Below are positions 29,071-46,130 of a stretch of 64,000 bases of DNA, one piece after another. The notes below the pieces were generated by a model. That model was not told where the DNA came from. It saw nothing but the letters and a program-made list of their open reading frames with translations, and ran no database searches. The DNA comes from Eledone cirrhosa (lineage: Eukaryota): contig OZ024742.1 of assembly GCA_964016885.1 (NCBI GenBank), forward strand, positions 31,186,001-31,250,000, given 5' to 3'. Position 1 is the first letter of the stretch. Each line of letters begins with the position of its first letter. The translations under genes and the position numbers were made by a program.

Positions 29071-29220
29071 GGTGGAAATAATTATAATGATTAAACGATA
29101 TATGTAACCTCAGCATCTTATTTTGTTATTTTTATAAAAATTCTCCATCGTAACTAAAAACAACGATTGTTGAGAGCTTTCCCCTGTTTACTCCTGTTTT
29201 TACCAAAACAATCTTTTCCG

Positions 29221-29348
<128 letters not shown>

Positions 29349-29352
29349 TACA

Positions 29353-29690
29353 AACATCCATACATCCATAGAGGCACTCCGTCGGTTACGATGACGGGTG
29401 TTCCAGTTGATCCAATCAATGGAACGGCCTGCACGTGAAATTAACGTGGAAGTGGCTGAGCATTCCACAGGAACGTGTACCCTTAACGTAGTTCTCAGTG
29501 AGATTCAGCGTGACATGGAATGTGACAAGGCTGGCCCTTCAAATTACTGGTATAACTCATCTTTGCCAGCTAAGTGGGCTGGAGCACCAGGAAATAAAGT
29601 ATCTTGCTCAAGGATATAACGCGCCGCCGGGAATCGATCCCACAACTTAACTATTGTGAGCCGAATACCCACACCAAAAGGCCACGCACC
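29353..29690 (-). mobile_element. Second tRNA-derived SINE family (octopus-type)
   Basis: Minus-strand tRNA-like head GGTGCGTGGCC...GGATCGATTCCCGG, body CCTTGAGCAAG, 3' end CGACGGAGTGCCT. Flanked by (CA)n. Confidence 0.75.
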
Positions 29691-29812
<122 letters not shown>

Positions 29813-29845
29813 AACTCATGAGTGTGAATGCAATAATGAAATTGT

Positions 29846-30336
29846 CGTATATTAAGAAAGTGTGAGGTATACCAAAAAGTAAGTAGGTCTGTATTATCAA
29901 GGTGAATCGTATTATTAATAAGTTAAGAAAGTGTCATATATAGGCAGAGGTAAGTAGACTGTAATATCAAGATGTACCCCTAACGTATTATTAATAAGTT
30001 AAGAAAGTATTAAATATAGGCAGAGGTAAGTAGGTCTGTAATATCAAGATGTTCTCCTAACGTATAAGTTAAGAAAGTGTTAAATATAGCCAGAGGTAAG
30101 TAGGTCTTTAATATCAAGGTGTCTCCCTAATGTATTATTAATAAGTTAAGAAAGTGTTAAATATAACCAGAGGTAAGTAGGTCTGTAATATGAAGGTGTC
30201 ACCATAACGTATTATTAATAAGTTAAGAAATTGTCAAATAAGCCAGAGGTAAGCAGGTCTTTAATATCAAGGTGTCTGCTTAACGTATTATTAATATGTT
30301 AAGAAAGTGTTAAATAAGCCAGAGGTAAGCAGGTCT
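29846..30336. repeat. ~76-bp minisatellite, ~6 units
   Basis: CGTATTATTAATAAGTTAAGAAAGTG...CAGAGGTAAGTAGGTCT..AATATCAAG repeated. Confidence 0.9.
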
Positions 30337-30661
30337 AGGTTTAACATGAAACGAAGGAGACGACATCATTCTGAGGAAGTAAAATAGCTGAGGATTGTCT
30401 GCTGCTCTATATTAATGTTTTATTCGCACGTTTGTTGAGGTATTTACTTGTGAGGAAGTGACCAGCCATCGTCAACCTTTTGGTCACTGCTTCACCGAAC
30501 ACACTGGATACTATGGACAGGATTCCCGCCCTGGAGGAAGAAACTACTAACCATTGGTGGGAACTATTGAACTATCCTATACCCACAATATAAAACACAT
30601 GCGTACAGACATACACACACTCGTACTCTCCTCCCCCTTCCTCTCGCTCCCTCTCTCTCTC

Positions 30662-33060
<2,399 letters not shown>

Positions 33061-33181
33061 ATATTAATAAGAGGAATTCCAACTTTGTCTGATTTACTCG
33101 TTTTATTTACAATCCTTTAAAATATATATAATGGTATTATAATGAAATAGTATGATAGAATATTAAATTCTAAGTGTTAAT

Positions 33182-33220
33182 TGAACAAGTACTTTCATGC
33201 TTTCGCAATCTTCAGGTTCA
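33182..33220 (-). ncRNA. Minimal hammerhead, left arm
   Basis: Mirror of 38062-38100. Confidence 0.8.
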
Positions 33221-33595
33221 TGATATGTGGTGACAGTCGAGTTTGCAATTTTCAACTGTAATGAGATGGGTAAATTTCCTACCTTTTATACATTTTATAC
33301 AGAGAAAAGTGGCTCCAGAATGCAAAGCCCTGTAAACTGTATTTCGACCAATCAGTGTGTAGTTTCACTGAATTACTACAGCTGATTGGTTTAAGCGTCA
33401 CGGCTGGTTGAGCATGCTAACGACCAATAGTCATATCCAACGTATCAATTGTTTTGCTTTTTTGAAATGATGAAAATAGCATTTTCTATTAATCATCACC
33501 ATCAACATCACTTTTATTATTATTATTATTGTTGTTGTTGTTGTTGTTAGTGGTCGTGGTCATAGTGGTAGTAGAAGTAATACCCCTAGGCGTTA

Positions 33596-35631
33596 TTATT
33601 GTTCATTTAGCTTGGGTTTGAATTTATCAATAAAATTCTTTTCTTTGATTTTTCTCTTGATTTCATTTGGGCTGTGTAATTTGTAGAATGGGAATATTAT
33701 AAATATTCCCTGACCACATGTTGCCAGGTGGCCGCTTAGGGGTATCTGACGGACATTTGGGTCTCTGATTTGTTGACGGTGTACCCGTGCACGTTCCGAT
33801 AGTGCATTTCCAGTTTGACCGACATATAGTTCTTCACAATTCGGGCATTTAATGCAGTAAATTAGATTTCTGCTTTTGCAGTTCATATTTGCATTTGTGA
33901 ATATTTTTCCAGTTTTTGTTTTCATATATTGACCGGCGTGTATGGATTGACATGTGCCGCATCGATTATCATTGCATTTAGATACAGTGAATGATTGGTC
34001 TTTGTTGTTAAGGTCAAACTTTGCTTTTGTTAGCAATTGCTTCAAATTTTTTGGCTGTCTTTTACTAAGAGTCAAAGATCGATCTGTGATTAAGCCTTTT
34101 AATTCATTACTTTGAGCAATGATCGGTAGGTTTGCTTTGGCAGTGTTGAAGATATTCTGGTGACATGGGTTGTGTGTCATTATAAATGGTATGACCAGTT
34201 CTTGGTTTCTTCTTCTTTGGGTTGTTCTAAGTTGTTGTATAGGTATTTTTATAGCCCGCTGTATGCCATTTTCTATAAGTAGAGATGGGTATTTTTGTTT
34301 GAGCAAAAATTCTCTTAGTTCTGTTAGGCGTTTGTACCTGGTATTCGTATCTTCTACAATGGTACAAATTCTTCTGGCTAGGCAGTATGGGATGTTGCGT
34401 TTTGTATGAGGTGGATGGCACGACTTAAAATTCAGATATTGATGGGTGTCTGTGTGTTTATAATATATATCCGTGGTAATGGTGGTGTCGTTTTTGATTA
34501 TCATTATATCTAGGAATGGTAATTTGGTCCTACTCATCTCTTTTGTGAATTGGAGAGATGGGTGTAGGTTATTCAGGAGGATATTGAACTCATCCAGAGT
34601 ATCTAAAGATTCTGTCCAGATGATGAAACAGTCGTCAAGGTATCTCTTCCAAGATTTTTCAATGTACTTTCTAAAGTCAGTACTATATTTTTCCTCTATT
34701 TCTTGGTAGAGTTGTTGTTCTAAGTATCCCATTACAGAGTTCGCGTAAACGGGAGCAAACTTCGTTCCCATCTCTGTGCCTCTAATTTGGATGTAATTCT
34801 TTCCATTGAAGAAGAAAGTGTTGTTTTCCAGAATAAGTTTAACTGCGTCTAATATAAATGGCGCTGTGAATCTAATGGGAATCACTTCTCTATGTTTTTC
34901 CACCCAGTATTTAACCGCCTTTATTCCTAAATCATGTGTAATGTTGGTGTAAAGGCTTACCACATCAAAACTGAGTAGAAGTGAATTCGTTTCCGTGGTT
35001 TTGGGAAGATGGGACAGGAAGTCGATATCATCCCGGATGAAACTGGGTATGTGAATACATAGTGGTTTCAAAATAATGTCAACAAAATTGCTTAGACGGT
35101 GAGTGGGGCATGTTGGACCAGCTATAATAGGTCTAAGTTTTAAGTCTTTTGGGTGTCATAATTTAATGTACTCACTGTTTTGTTCTCTTACTGCCAGTTG
35201 TATTTCTTTTGACTTGTGAACTTTCGGTAGGCCATACAGGTTGCTGGGTTTCGGCTCAAAATTGGTGATGTAGTCTCTTTCCTTATCAGTAAATGAGTTG
35301 TGGTATTTTGAAGCCAGGTTGTTGATCTTCTTCATGATGTTGTGGTCTATATTTGACGGTATTTCATGATAGAATGTTGTGTCTTTCAGTTGTTCCTCAA
35401 CCAAATCCTTGTAGTATTCAGTATCCATTATAACAACTGCACCCCCTTTATCTGCTTGTTTAATTATTATTGTTTTATCATTTTGTATACGTTTAAGTGC
35501 AGACATTTCTGATTTGTTAATGTTTGGCCTAACATTAGTATTATGTCTAAGAGGAAATTTAGACAGGATGTCAATGTATTGGTCGAGATAGATATTTCTT
35601 CCTTTTGGCGGAGTGAAATTTGATTTATTCA
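33596..35631 (-). pseudogene. PLE RT/GIY-YIG ORF, left arm; 5'-truncated, one in-frame TGA (35156-35158)
   Basis: Mirror of 35651-37686. Confidence 0.9.
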
Positions 35632-35650
35632 AAAGGAAGAAATATCTATC

Positions 35651-37686
35651 TGAATAAATCAAATTTCACTCCGCCAAAAGGAAGAAATATCTATCTCGAC
35701 CAATACATTGACATCCTGTCTAAATTTCCTCTTAGACATAATACTAATGTTAGGCCAAACATTAACAAATCAGAAATGTCTGCACTTAAACGTATACAAA
35801 ATGATAAAACAATAATAATTAAACAAGCAGATAAAGGGGGTGCAGTTGTTATAATGGATACTGAATACTACAAGGATTTGGTTGAGGAACAACTGAAAGA
35901 CACAACATTCTATCATGAAATACCGTCAAATATAGACCACAACATCATGAAGAAGATCAACAACCTGGCTTCAAAATACCACAACTCATTTACTGATAAG
36001 GAAAGAGACTACATCACCAATTTTGAGCCGAAACCCAGCAACCTGTATGGCCTACCGAAAGTTCACAAGTCAAAAGAAATACAACTGGCAGTAAGAGAAC
36101 AAAACAGTGAGTACATTAAATTATGACACCCAAAAGACTTAAAACTTAGACCTATTATAGCTGGTCCAACATGCCCCACTCACCGTCTAAGCAATTTTGT
36201 TGACATTATTTTGAAACCACTATGTATTCACATACCCAGTTTCATCCGGGATGATATCGACTTCCTGTCCCATCTTCCCAAAACCACGGAAACGAATTCA
36301 CTTCTACTCAGTTTTGATGTGGTAAGCCTTTACACCAACATTACACATGATTTAGGAATAAAGGCGGTTAAATACTGGGTGGAAAAACATAGAGAAGTGA
36401 TTCCCATTAGATTCACAGCGCCATTTATATTAGACGCAGTTAAACTTATTCTGGAAAACAACACTTTCTTCTTCAATGGAAAGAATTACATCCAAATTAG
36501 AGGCACAGAGATGGGAACGAAGTTTGCTCCCGTTTACGCGAACTCTGTAATGGGATACTTAGAACAACAACTCTACCAAGAAATAGAGGAAAAATATAGT
36601 ACTGACTTTAGAAAGTACATTGAAAAATCTTGGAAGAGATACCTTGACGACTGTTTCATCATCTGGACAGAATCTTTAGATACTCTGGATGAGTTCAATA
36701 TCCTCCTGAATAACCTACACCCATCTCTCCAATTCACAAAAGAGATGAGTAGGACCAAATTACCATTCCTAGATATAATGATAATCAAAAACGACACCAC
36801 CATTACCACGGATATATATTATAAACACACAGACACCCATCAATATCTGAATTTTAAGTCGTGCCATCCACCTCATACAAAACGCAACATCCCATACTGC
36901 CTAGCCAGAAGAATTTGTACCATTGTAGAAGATACGAATACCAGGTACAAACGCCTAACAGAACTAAGAGAATTTTTGCTCAAACAAAAATACCCATCTC
37001 TACTTATAGAAAATGGCATACAGCGGGCTATAAAAATACCTATACAACAACTTAGAACAACCCAAAGAAGAAGAAACCAAGAACTGGTCATACCATTTAT
37101 AATGACACACAACCCATGTCACCAGAATATCTTCAACACTGCCAAAGCAAACCTACCGATCATTGCTCAAAGTAATGAATTAAAAGGCTTAATCACAGAT
37201 CGATCTTTGACTCTTAGTAAAAGACAGCCAAAAAATTTGAAGCAATTGCTAACAAAAGCAAAGTTTGACCTTAACAACAAAGACCAATCATTCACTGTAT
37301 CTAAATGCAATGATAATCGATGCGGCACATGTCAATCCATACACGCCGGTCAATATATGAAAACAAAAACTGGAAAAATATTCACAAATGCAAATATGAA
37401 CTGCAAAAGCAGAAATCTAATTTACTGCATTAAATGCCCGAATTGTGAAGAACTATATGTCGGTCAAACTGGAAATGCACTATCGGAACGTGCACGGGTA
37501 CACCGTCAACAAATCAGAGACCCAAATGTCCGTCAGATACCCCTAAGCGGCCACCTGGCAACATGTGGTCAGGGAATATTTATAATATTCCCATTCTACA
37601 AATTACACAGCCCAAATGAAATCAAGAGAAAAATCAAAGAAAAGAATTTTATTGATAAATTCAAACCCAAGCTAAATGAACAATAA
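35651..37686 (+). pseudogene. PLE RT/GIY-YIG ORF, right arm (Cys-linker, Neptune-like); 5'-truncated, one in-frame TGA (36124-36126)
   Basis: ADKGG, LYGLPKVHK, RPII, SFDVVSLYTNI, GTEMGTKFAP, WKRYLDDCF, CNDNRCGTC, LIYCIKCPNCEELYVGQT, H..H, PKLN. Confidence 0.9.
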
Positions 37687-38061
37687 TAACGCCTAGGGGT
37701 ATTACTTCTACTACCACTATGACCACGACCACTAACAACAACAACAACAACAATAATAATAATAATAAAAGTGATGTTGATGGTGATGATTAATAGAAAA
37801 TGCTATTTTCATCATTTCAAAAAAGCAAAACAATTGATACGTTGGATATGACTATTGGTCGTTAGCATGCTCAACCAGCCGTGACGCTTAAACCAATCAG
37901 CTGTAGTAATTCAGTGAAACTACACACTGATTGGTCGAAATACAGTTTACAGGGCTTTGCATTCTGGAGCCACTTTTCTCTGTATAAAATGTATAAAAGG
38001 TAGGAAATTTACCCATCTCATTACAGTTGAAAATTGCAAACTCGACTGTCACCACATATCA

Positions 38062-38100
38062 TGAACCTGAAGATTGCGAAAGCATGAAAGTACTTGTTCA
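38062..38100 (+). ncRNA. Minimal type I hammerhead in the PLE 3' pLTR
   Basis: TGAAC-CTGAAGA-TTGC(GAAA)GCAT-GAAA-GTAC-TT-GTTCA. Helix III is the palindrome AGTACT. Confidence 0.8.
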
Positions 38101-38430
38101 ATTAACACTTAGAATTTAATATTCTATCATACTATTTCATTATAATACCATTATATATATTTTAAAGGATTGTAAATAAAACGAGTAAATCAGACAAAGT
38201 TGGAATTCCTCTTATTAATATAATCTTCTATACACAATCATACACACCCGTGTATATTTACCTATCTATATCTATATGTATATATATATATGTATATATA
38301 TATGTATATATATGTATATATATATGTGTATATATATATATGTATATATATATTTATATATATGTATATATATATATATATGTGTATATATATATATATG
38401 TATATATATGTATATATATATATATATGTG

Positions 38431-38507
<77 letters not shown>

Positions 38508-38508
38508 G

Positions 38509-38694
<186 letters not shown>

Positions 38695-39256
38695 GTTTTG
38701 CGAGGTTTTTTATATGAAATCGTGTGTCGAAACAGATATTGTTATATTTGGGGAGGGTCATATTTGCGTAATATTGCCAGAATTAATAACAGAACACACT
38801 CACTGTTTGGTTGGTTTTCGCTTCTCGCTGTCTTTTATATATATATATCTGCGATCTAACTTACTCGGTCCTCAATGTTGCCATTGACTGACCGGCGGTC
38901 AAAAATAATACAGATACAATATAGACACAAACACATATATATAGTTTACATAATTTACATAAATCTTTCGTTGCACATCTGCAACATCGTCAGTGGTGTT
39001 ATATTCATTGTTCCTCCTGTTGTGTTGTATGTCTACGCCATTTTTTTTTTGTTCAGTCTGTCTATATATTTATTTATTTATTTGCTTGTTTGTTTATCTT
39101 ATTTTATTTTGTCTTCTTTGCGCATGCGTTTGCGTGTGTGTATAGTGTGATGTGTGACTAGTGTGTATAGTGTTGTGTCTGCTGGGTGACTAGTGTGTGT
39201 TTATGTGCTTGTGTATGTATTTATTTATCTTATTTTATTTAATTTTATTTACTTAT

Positions 39257-40856
39257 TTATACTTCTCTTAGGTCAGTGTTGTTTGTTTGGGTGTTGTTGT
39301 TGTTCCACTCATTCTTTCTGTTTAGCTTTGGTCTTCTAATTTCTATTTCACTGGCCTCTCTGATTTGCCTATCTGCTGGGTCATTCCTATGTTTAGATAT
39401 TATTCTAATTTCTATGTTGTCTATGTTACCGTCATGTTGTTGTCTAGCATGTTCGTATAGTACTGACCCGTTTTTTCGTCCTTTTAGTTCCCCCCAGTGT
39501 TGGTCTATCCTTTCACCTATGCTACGAGCTGTCTCACCTATGTATGTTGTTGTCATGTTTCTGCAAGTACCCTCTGTACATCTTATGCTATAGACTACGT
39601 TTCTAGTTTTACAGTTTATCCGGGGGTTCACCTTACAAATGATACATTTCCTATTGGTACAGTGGGTTTTCTTAAAAGGGTAGGTTTTGCTGATCAGGGA
39701 TTTTATGGTGGTTCCTGGCTTTTCTACCACCTTTATTTTTAAGTGGGTCTTTCTCAGGGCCTTTCTACACTGGTTAGCTAATTTCCCTCCAGGGGTGGCG
39801 TCCACAAACATGACACTCTGATATCTCTGGTTGTCGTACCATGATGTGGCCTTCCCTATCTTATGTCTAGCCCTATCTAAGCTATTCCATGATTTGCTCC
39901 TGTATAGTGGGCAAATTCCTTTCATGTCCAGTTCTATGAGGGTCTTATACTTTTCCATGGCTCCTTCGTATACTCTGACTCTGTCTCTTTGGTTGTAGCC
40001 AGAGAACTGCATGCGGTTGATGAAGTGTTGGATGTGTCCTTCCATTTCTGTTGGGTCGCACATGCTGGACACATTCTTCATCACTCGTACCAAATCTGCG
40101 ATCAGAATATTAAACTTAGCACTACTGGACATTGCTGAGTTTTTGAGTATCAGGTATTTGGAGGCCATGGGTTTAGCATAGTGTGAGTGGAGAATTTGGG
40201 CTCTCTCGTCTATAGTGTTAATCCAGAGTTCTGTGTCTAATACAGGTAGTCTATTGTTAGGGTGTTTGGAAGGGAAGTCTATAGTTACAGTTATACTCTG
40301 GTGTATGGAATTAGCTATCTGCTGGATGCTTTCCATCGTGCTACGTTCTAAATCAAACTTGTTAGTGCTCTCTAGTGGGGGTGTTCTTATAACTATATTG
40401 ATATCGTCTACATAACGAGAGTACATGATGAGGTCTATGGAGCTTTCATTAAGGAGATCTTTAAGTCTCCTTTCCCACCATACCATGAAAAGGTTGGCAA
40501 CATCACCAGCTATGCTGACGCCGATGGCTGCTCCCTCATTTTGGGTGTAGATTTTCTCATTGAACTTAAATATGTGGCCCTTTAGGGTAGTTTTGATACT
40601 AGCCCCTATTGCATGTGCGACCATTTTTCTTACCTGATCAGTGTTTTGGGGGTCCGTATAGCTTTGGTCCACCCAATCCACCTTCCTATGGGAGTCTTTT
40701 TAGCCATTGAGGTTATGGTGGGGGGTCTACCTCTTATAGGTCTACTAGGGCAGAAACATCTAAGGTCATGGCTGTCTAGGTAGTCAGTGTCGTAGGTAAG
40801 TCTAAGTAGGAGGCCCAGTTCGTCTGTGTCGACGTCGCAGAACTCCACCTCACTCT
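39257..40856 (-). pseudogene. PLE RT C-terminal half + GIY-YIG, left arm
   Basis: GAAIGVSIAGDVA, YSRYVDDIN, CTNRKCIIC, VVYSIRC..C...YIGETARS. Confidence 0.9.
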
Positions 40857-43184
40857 TTAATAAAAGAGTTTGCATACCACAGCAAATAGATGACGAGACG
40901 GAGGCACAGTTCACCATAGCTAGAAACAAGATTAGACAAGTAGTAGACAGGTACACTATGAGACAGAGCAGACCAGAGGCCCAACAACTTGGGATAAAAC
41001 CTGTAGAAGGCTTGGTTAGCCTCAAGCAGCGCACAAGGGATGGTGAGGTAGTGTGTCTACCCACAGATAAGTTCTGGTAGGATGTCAATAGATAGCATGC
41101 CGAACTACATCGAGGCAATGCAACCCCACATCACCAACACGAGCGAAGTTGCACAACTAACACACGATGGGAGAGAAAAAATCCTCAACGCTCACATGAT
41201 GATGTGGACTGACATCCTAAAGCCAAGCAGACGCACTGCCAACAACTTCCAGGCGTCTAACAATGGCATACCACCCTTGTATGGGCTCCGCAAGGACCAC
41301 AAGACAGTCGACGACCCGACAACAGGACCACCAACAAGACCCGTATGCGGAGCTAATATAGCTAGCAACTACAGGATCTCCTACTTCCTCTCAATGGTTA
41401 TACGCCCCATAATCAAGATGTCCCAGATGTATGTGAAAGTACAGAGGACCTCCTCAGCAGAATCAGTGAGTGCAACAAAAACAGGAGCCTATCCAACTGC
41501 ATAATAGGCAGCATGGATGTGGTGTCACTGTACCCATCCATTAACATTGATTTTGCTGTGAAAAGATGTGTGGAGATGATCATTGAGAGTGAGGTGAAGT
41601 TCTGCGATGTCGACACAGACGAACTGGGCCTCCTACTTAGACTTACCTACGACACTGACTACCTAGACAGCCATGACCTTAGATGTTTCTGCCCTAGTAG
41701 ACCTATAAGAGGTAGACCCCCCACCATAACCTCAATGGCTAAAAAGACTCCCATAGGAAGGTGGATTGGGTGGACCAAAGCTATACGGACCCCCAAAACA
41801 CTGATCAGGTAAGAAAAATGGTCGCACATGCAATAGGGGCTAGTATCAAAACTACCCTAAAGGGCCACATATTTAAGTTCAATGAGAAAATCTACACCCA
41901 AAATGAGGGAGCAGCCATCGGCGTCAGCATAGCTGGTGATGTTGCCAACCTTTTCATGGTATGGTGGGAAAGGAGACTTAAAGATCTCCTTAATGAAAGC
42001 TCCATAGACCTCATCATGTACTCTCGTTATGTAGACGATATCAATATAGTTATAAGAACACCCCCACTAGAGAGCACTAACAAGTTTGATTTAGAACGTA
42101 GCACGATGGAAAGCATCCAGCAGATAGCTAATTCCATACACCAGAGTATAACTGTAACTATAGACTTCCCTTCCAAACACCCTAACAATAGACTACCTGT
42201 ATTAGACACAGAACTCTGGATTAACACTATAGACGAGAGAGCCCAAATTCTCCACTCACACTATGCTAAACCCATGGCCTCCAAATACCTGATACTCAAA
42301 AACTCAGCAATGTCCAGTAGTGCTAAGTTTAATATTCTGATCGCAGATTTGGTACGAGTGATGAAGAATGTGTCCAGCATGTGCGACCCAACAGAAATGG
42401 AAGGACACATCCAACACTTCATCAACCGCATGCAGTTCTCTGGCTACAACCAAAGAGACAGAGTCAGAGTATACGAAGGAGCCATGGAAAAGTATAAGAC
42501 CCTCATAGAACTGGACATGAAAGGAATTTGCCCACTATACAGGAGCAAATCATGGAATAGCTTAGATAGGGCTAGACATAAGATAGGGAAGGCCACATCA
42601 TGGTACGACAACCAGAGATATCAGAGTGTCATGTTTGTGGACGCCACCCCTGGAGGGAAATTAGCTAACCAGTGTAGAAAGGCCCTGAGAAAGACCACTT
42701 AAAAATAAAGGTGGTAGAAAAGCCAGGAACCACCATAAAATCCCTGATCAGCAAAACCTACCCTTTTAAGAAAACCCACTGTACCAATAGGAAATGTATC
42801 ATTTGTAAGGTGAACCCCCGGATAAACTGTAAAACTAGAAACGTAGTCTATAGCATAAGATGTACAGAGGGTACTTGCAGAAACATGACAACAACATACA
42901 TAGGTGAGACAGCTCGTAGCATAGGTGAAAGGATAGACCAACACTGGGGGGAACTAAAAGGACGAAAAAACGGGTCAGTACTATACGAACATGCTAGACA
43001 ACAACATGACGGTAACATAGACAACATAGAAATTAGAATAATATCTAAACATAGGAATGACCCAGCAGATAGGCAAATCAGAGAGGCCAGTGAAATAGAA
43101 ATTAGAAGACCAAAGCTAAACAGAAAGAATGAGTGGAACAACAACAACACCCAAACAAACAACACTGACCTAAGAGAAGTATAA
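40857..43184 (+). pseudogene. PLE RT + GIY-YIG, right copy, four single-base frameshifts
   Basis: ORF pieces 40826-41080, 41082-41504, 41513-41812, 41761-42702 and 42711-43184 are colinear with the element at 38-2320. Confidence 0.9.
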
Positions 43185-43443
43185 ATAAGTAAATAAAATT
43201 AAATAAAATAAGATAAATAAATACATACACAAGCACATAAACACACACTAGTCACCCAGCAGACACAACACTATACACACTAGTCACACATCACACTATA
43301 CACACACGCAAACGCATGCGCAAAGAAGACAAAATAAAATAAGATAAACAAACAAGCAAATAAATAAATAAATATATAGACAGACTGAACAAAAAAAAAA
43401 TGGCGTAGACATACAACACAACAGGAGGAACAATGAATATAAC

Positions 43444-43484
43444 ACCACTGACGATGTTGCAGATGTGCAACGAAAGATTTATGT
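43444..43484 (+). ncRNA. Minimal hammerhead in the pLTR (mirror copy at 38957-38997, minus strand)
   Basis: CA-CTGACGA-TGTTGCA(GATG)TGCAAC-GAAA-GATT-TA-TG. Helix I is short. Confidence 0.6.
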
Positions 43485-43708
43485 AAATTATGTAAACTAT
43501 ATATATGTGTTTGTGTCTATATTGTATCTGTATTATTTTTGACCGCCGGTCAGTCAATGGCAACATTGAGGACCGAGTAAGTTAGATCGCAGATATATAT
43601 ATATAAAAGACAGCGAGAAGCGAAAACCAACCAAACAGTGAGTGTGTTCTGTTATTAATTCTGGCAATATTACGCAAATATGACCCTCCCCAAATATAAC
43701 AATATATG

Positions 43709-43825
<117 letters not shown>

Positions 43826-43847
43826 ATATATACATATACATATATAC

Positions 43848-44151
<304 letters not shown>

Positions 44152-44170
44152 GTATATATATATGTATATA

Positions 44171-44287
<117 letters not shown>

Positions 44288-44392
44288 GTATATATATGTA
44301 TATATATATATATGTATATATATATATGTATATATATGTATATATATATATATGTATAAATATATATATGTATATATATATATATGTATATG

Positions 44393-44425
<33 letters not shown>

Positions 44426-44466
44426 GTATATATATATGTATATATATATATATATGTATATATATG

Positions 44467-44497
<31 letters not shown>

Positions 44498-44574
44498 GTA
44501 TATATATGTATATATATATATATGTATAAATATATATATGTATATATATGTATATATATATATATATGTATATG

Positions 44575-44623
<49 letters not shown>

Positions 44624-44933
44624 GTGTATATATATGCATATATGTATATATATATATGTGTATATATATGCATATATGTATATATATATATGTATGTATA
44701 TATATATATGTATATATATATATATGTATATATATGCATATATGTATATATATATATGTATGTATATATATATATGTATATATATATATGTATATATATA
44801 TATGTATGTATATATATATATGTATATATATATATGTATATATATATATGTATGTATATATATATATGTATGTATATATATATATGTATATATATATATG
44901 TATGTATATATATATATGTATATATATATATGT

Positions 44934-44974
<41 letters not shown>

Positions 44975-45097
44975 TATGTATATATATATATGTATGTATA
45001 TACATGTATATATGCATATATGTATATATATGTATATATATATATATGTATGTATATGTATATGTATATATATATATGTATGTATATGTATATATAT

Positions 45098-45668
45098 CCC
45101 AGTACAACCTGTCTCATGGTCGGGTCGTTGGCGACTAAACTGGCAACCCCACCAAGGTTTCTTGGTGAGAAGGGTAACTTTGGACATCCTGCAGGACTAA
45201 AAACAAAACCTGTCAAAGGGCAAAGAGCTCTTAAGAGTCAATGGCCATCCAAAATCACCGGGAGAGATGACCCCTTAGCCTTTGTCAAAGCAGAATTCTA
45301 GGAGAAGGAAAACTCTGATATAACACCTGCAACCCTGATGGTATCCAATGATGTTGACTTGTTCTTCTTTTTGGTAAATATCATCTTGGTTAAGAGAGTG
45401 GGACTGGCTTTGTGCAGTGCCTTTGCTCACTATAAAAGCTTCACGGCACAGGCATTGCTTTATATCTGGAGATCTCTCTGCACTTGTCGTAACATGGTAC
45501 CATGGGCCCAGCACTATGTGTCAATAATTGTCACAAGTGTAGTGTTTGTACCAGAGTATTCAAGTCGCTAGCTGGACTAAAAAGTCACTTGTTCAGCGCA
45601 TCGGTAGGGGTTCTCCTACATGGGTATAAAGTAGTGGCCGTACTCGAAAACGAGTTAGCATACACCAT
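45098..45668 (+). mobile_element. Non-autonomous, internally deleted RTE derivative, copy 1
   Basis: RTE-like 5' UTR joined to a 3' end encoding [17 protein letters not shown], with an ACTCG/CGAGT hairpin tail like that at 11996-12027. Confidence 0.65.
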
Positions 45669-45777
45669 GTATACATGTATGTGTATCTATGTATGTATGT
45701 ATATATATACATATATGTAGATAGATAGATATGTTGATAGATAGATATGTATAGAACATAAAAACGAAAATATATGT

Positions 45778-46060
45778 ATGCCCCACACCCTCCCACTGCA
45801 GGGTGGTCGTGGGGGTGCCACGGCAAAGGAGCACCCAGCCCACACTGTAGGGTGGACTTGTAGGCACCACGAAAAGGCGCCCAGCACTCACTGTGGATGG
45901 GGTTGGTGTTGGGAGGGGCATCCAGCTGTGGAGGTCGAGCCAAGTCAGTTCCTGTATGAGCAAGGCATGGTCAGCTGACCAGACACTGCCCACAACAGGA
46001 CAACCCGTCTAACCCTGCTAGCATGGAAGAGCGGACGTGGAACGGTGATGATGATGATGA
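45778..46060 (+). mobile_element. SINE or RTE 3'-tail fragment ending in (GAT)n
   Basis: GGGCATCCAGCTGT and CCCGTCTAACCCTGCTAGCATGGAAGAGCGGACG..(GAT)n resemble the 3' UTR of the LINE at 59417-59700. Confidence 0.65.
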
Positions 46061-46130
46061 TTATGGTGTCTATCTGTATATTTGTATATGTGTGTATATG
46101 TATGTATACATATACGTATATATGTTTATG

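Larger units (their letters stand above)
38696..43705. mobile_element. Second PLE inverted duplication: arms 38736-40856 and 41586-43705, 729-bp spacer of extra 5' coding sequence, tail at 38696-38735
   Basis: Mirror ORFs 39257..40681 (-) and 41761..43184 (+). The spacer encodes LYGLRKDHK, RPVCGA and MDVVSLYPSI. Confidence 0.95.

Noticed and set aside
36124-36126. In-frame TGA as selenocysteine, as reported for some Naiad PLEs
   Set aside because: The element has a C-terminal endonuclease (not Naiad), the position is not in a Cys motif, all Cys motifs use normal codons and I saw no SECIS. A nonsense mutation is simpler.
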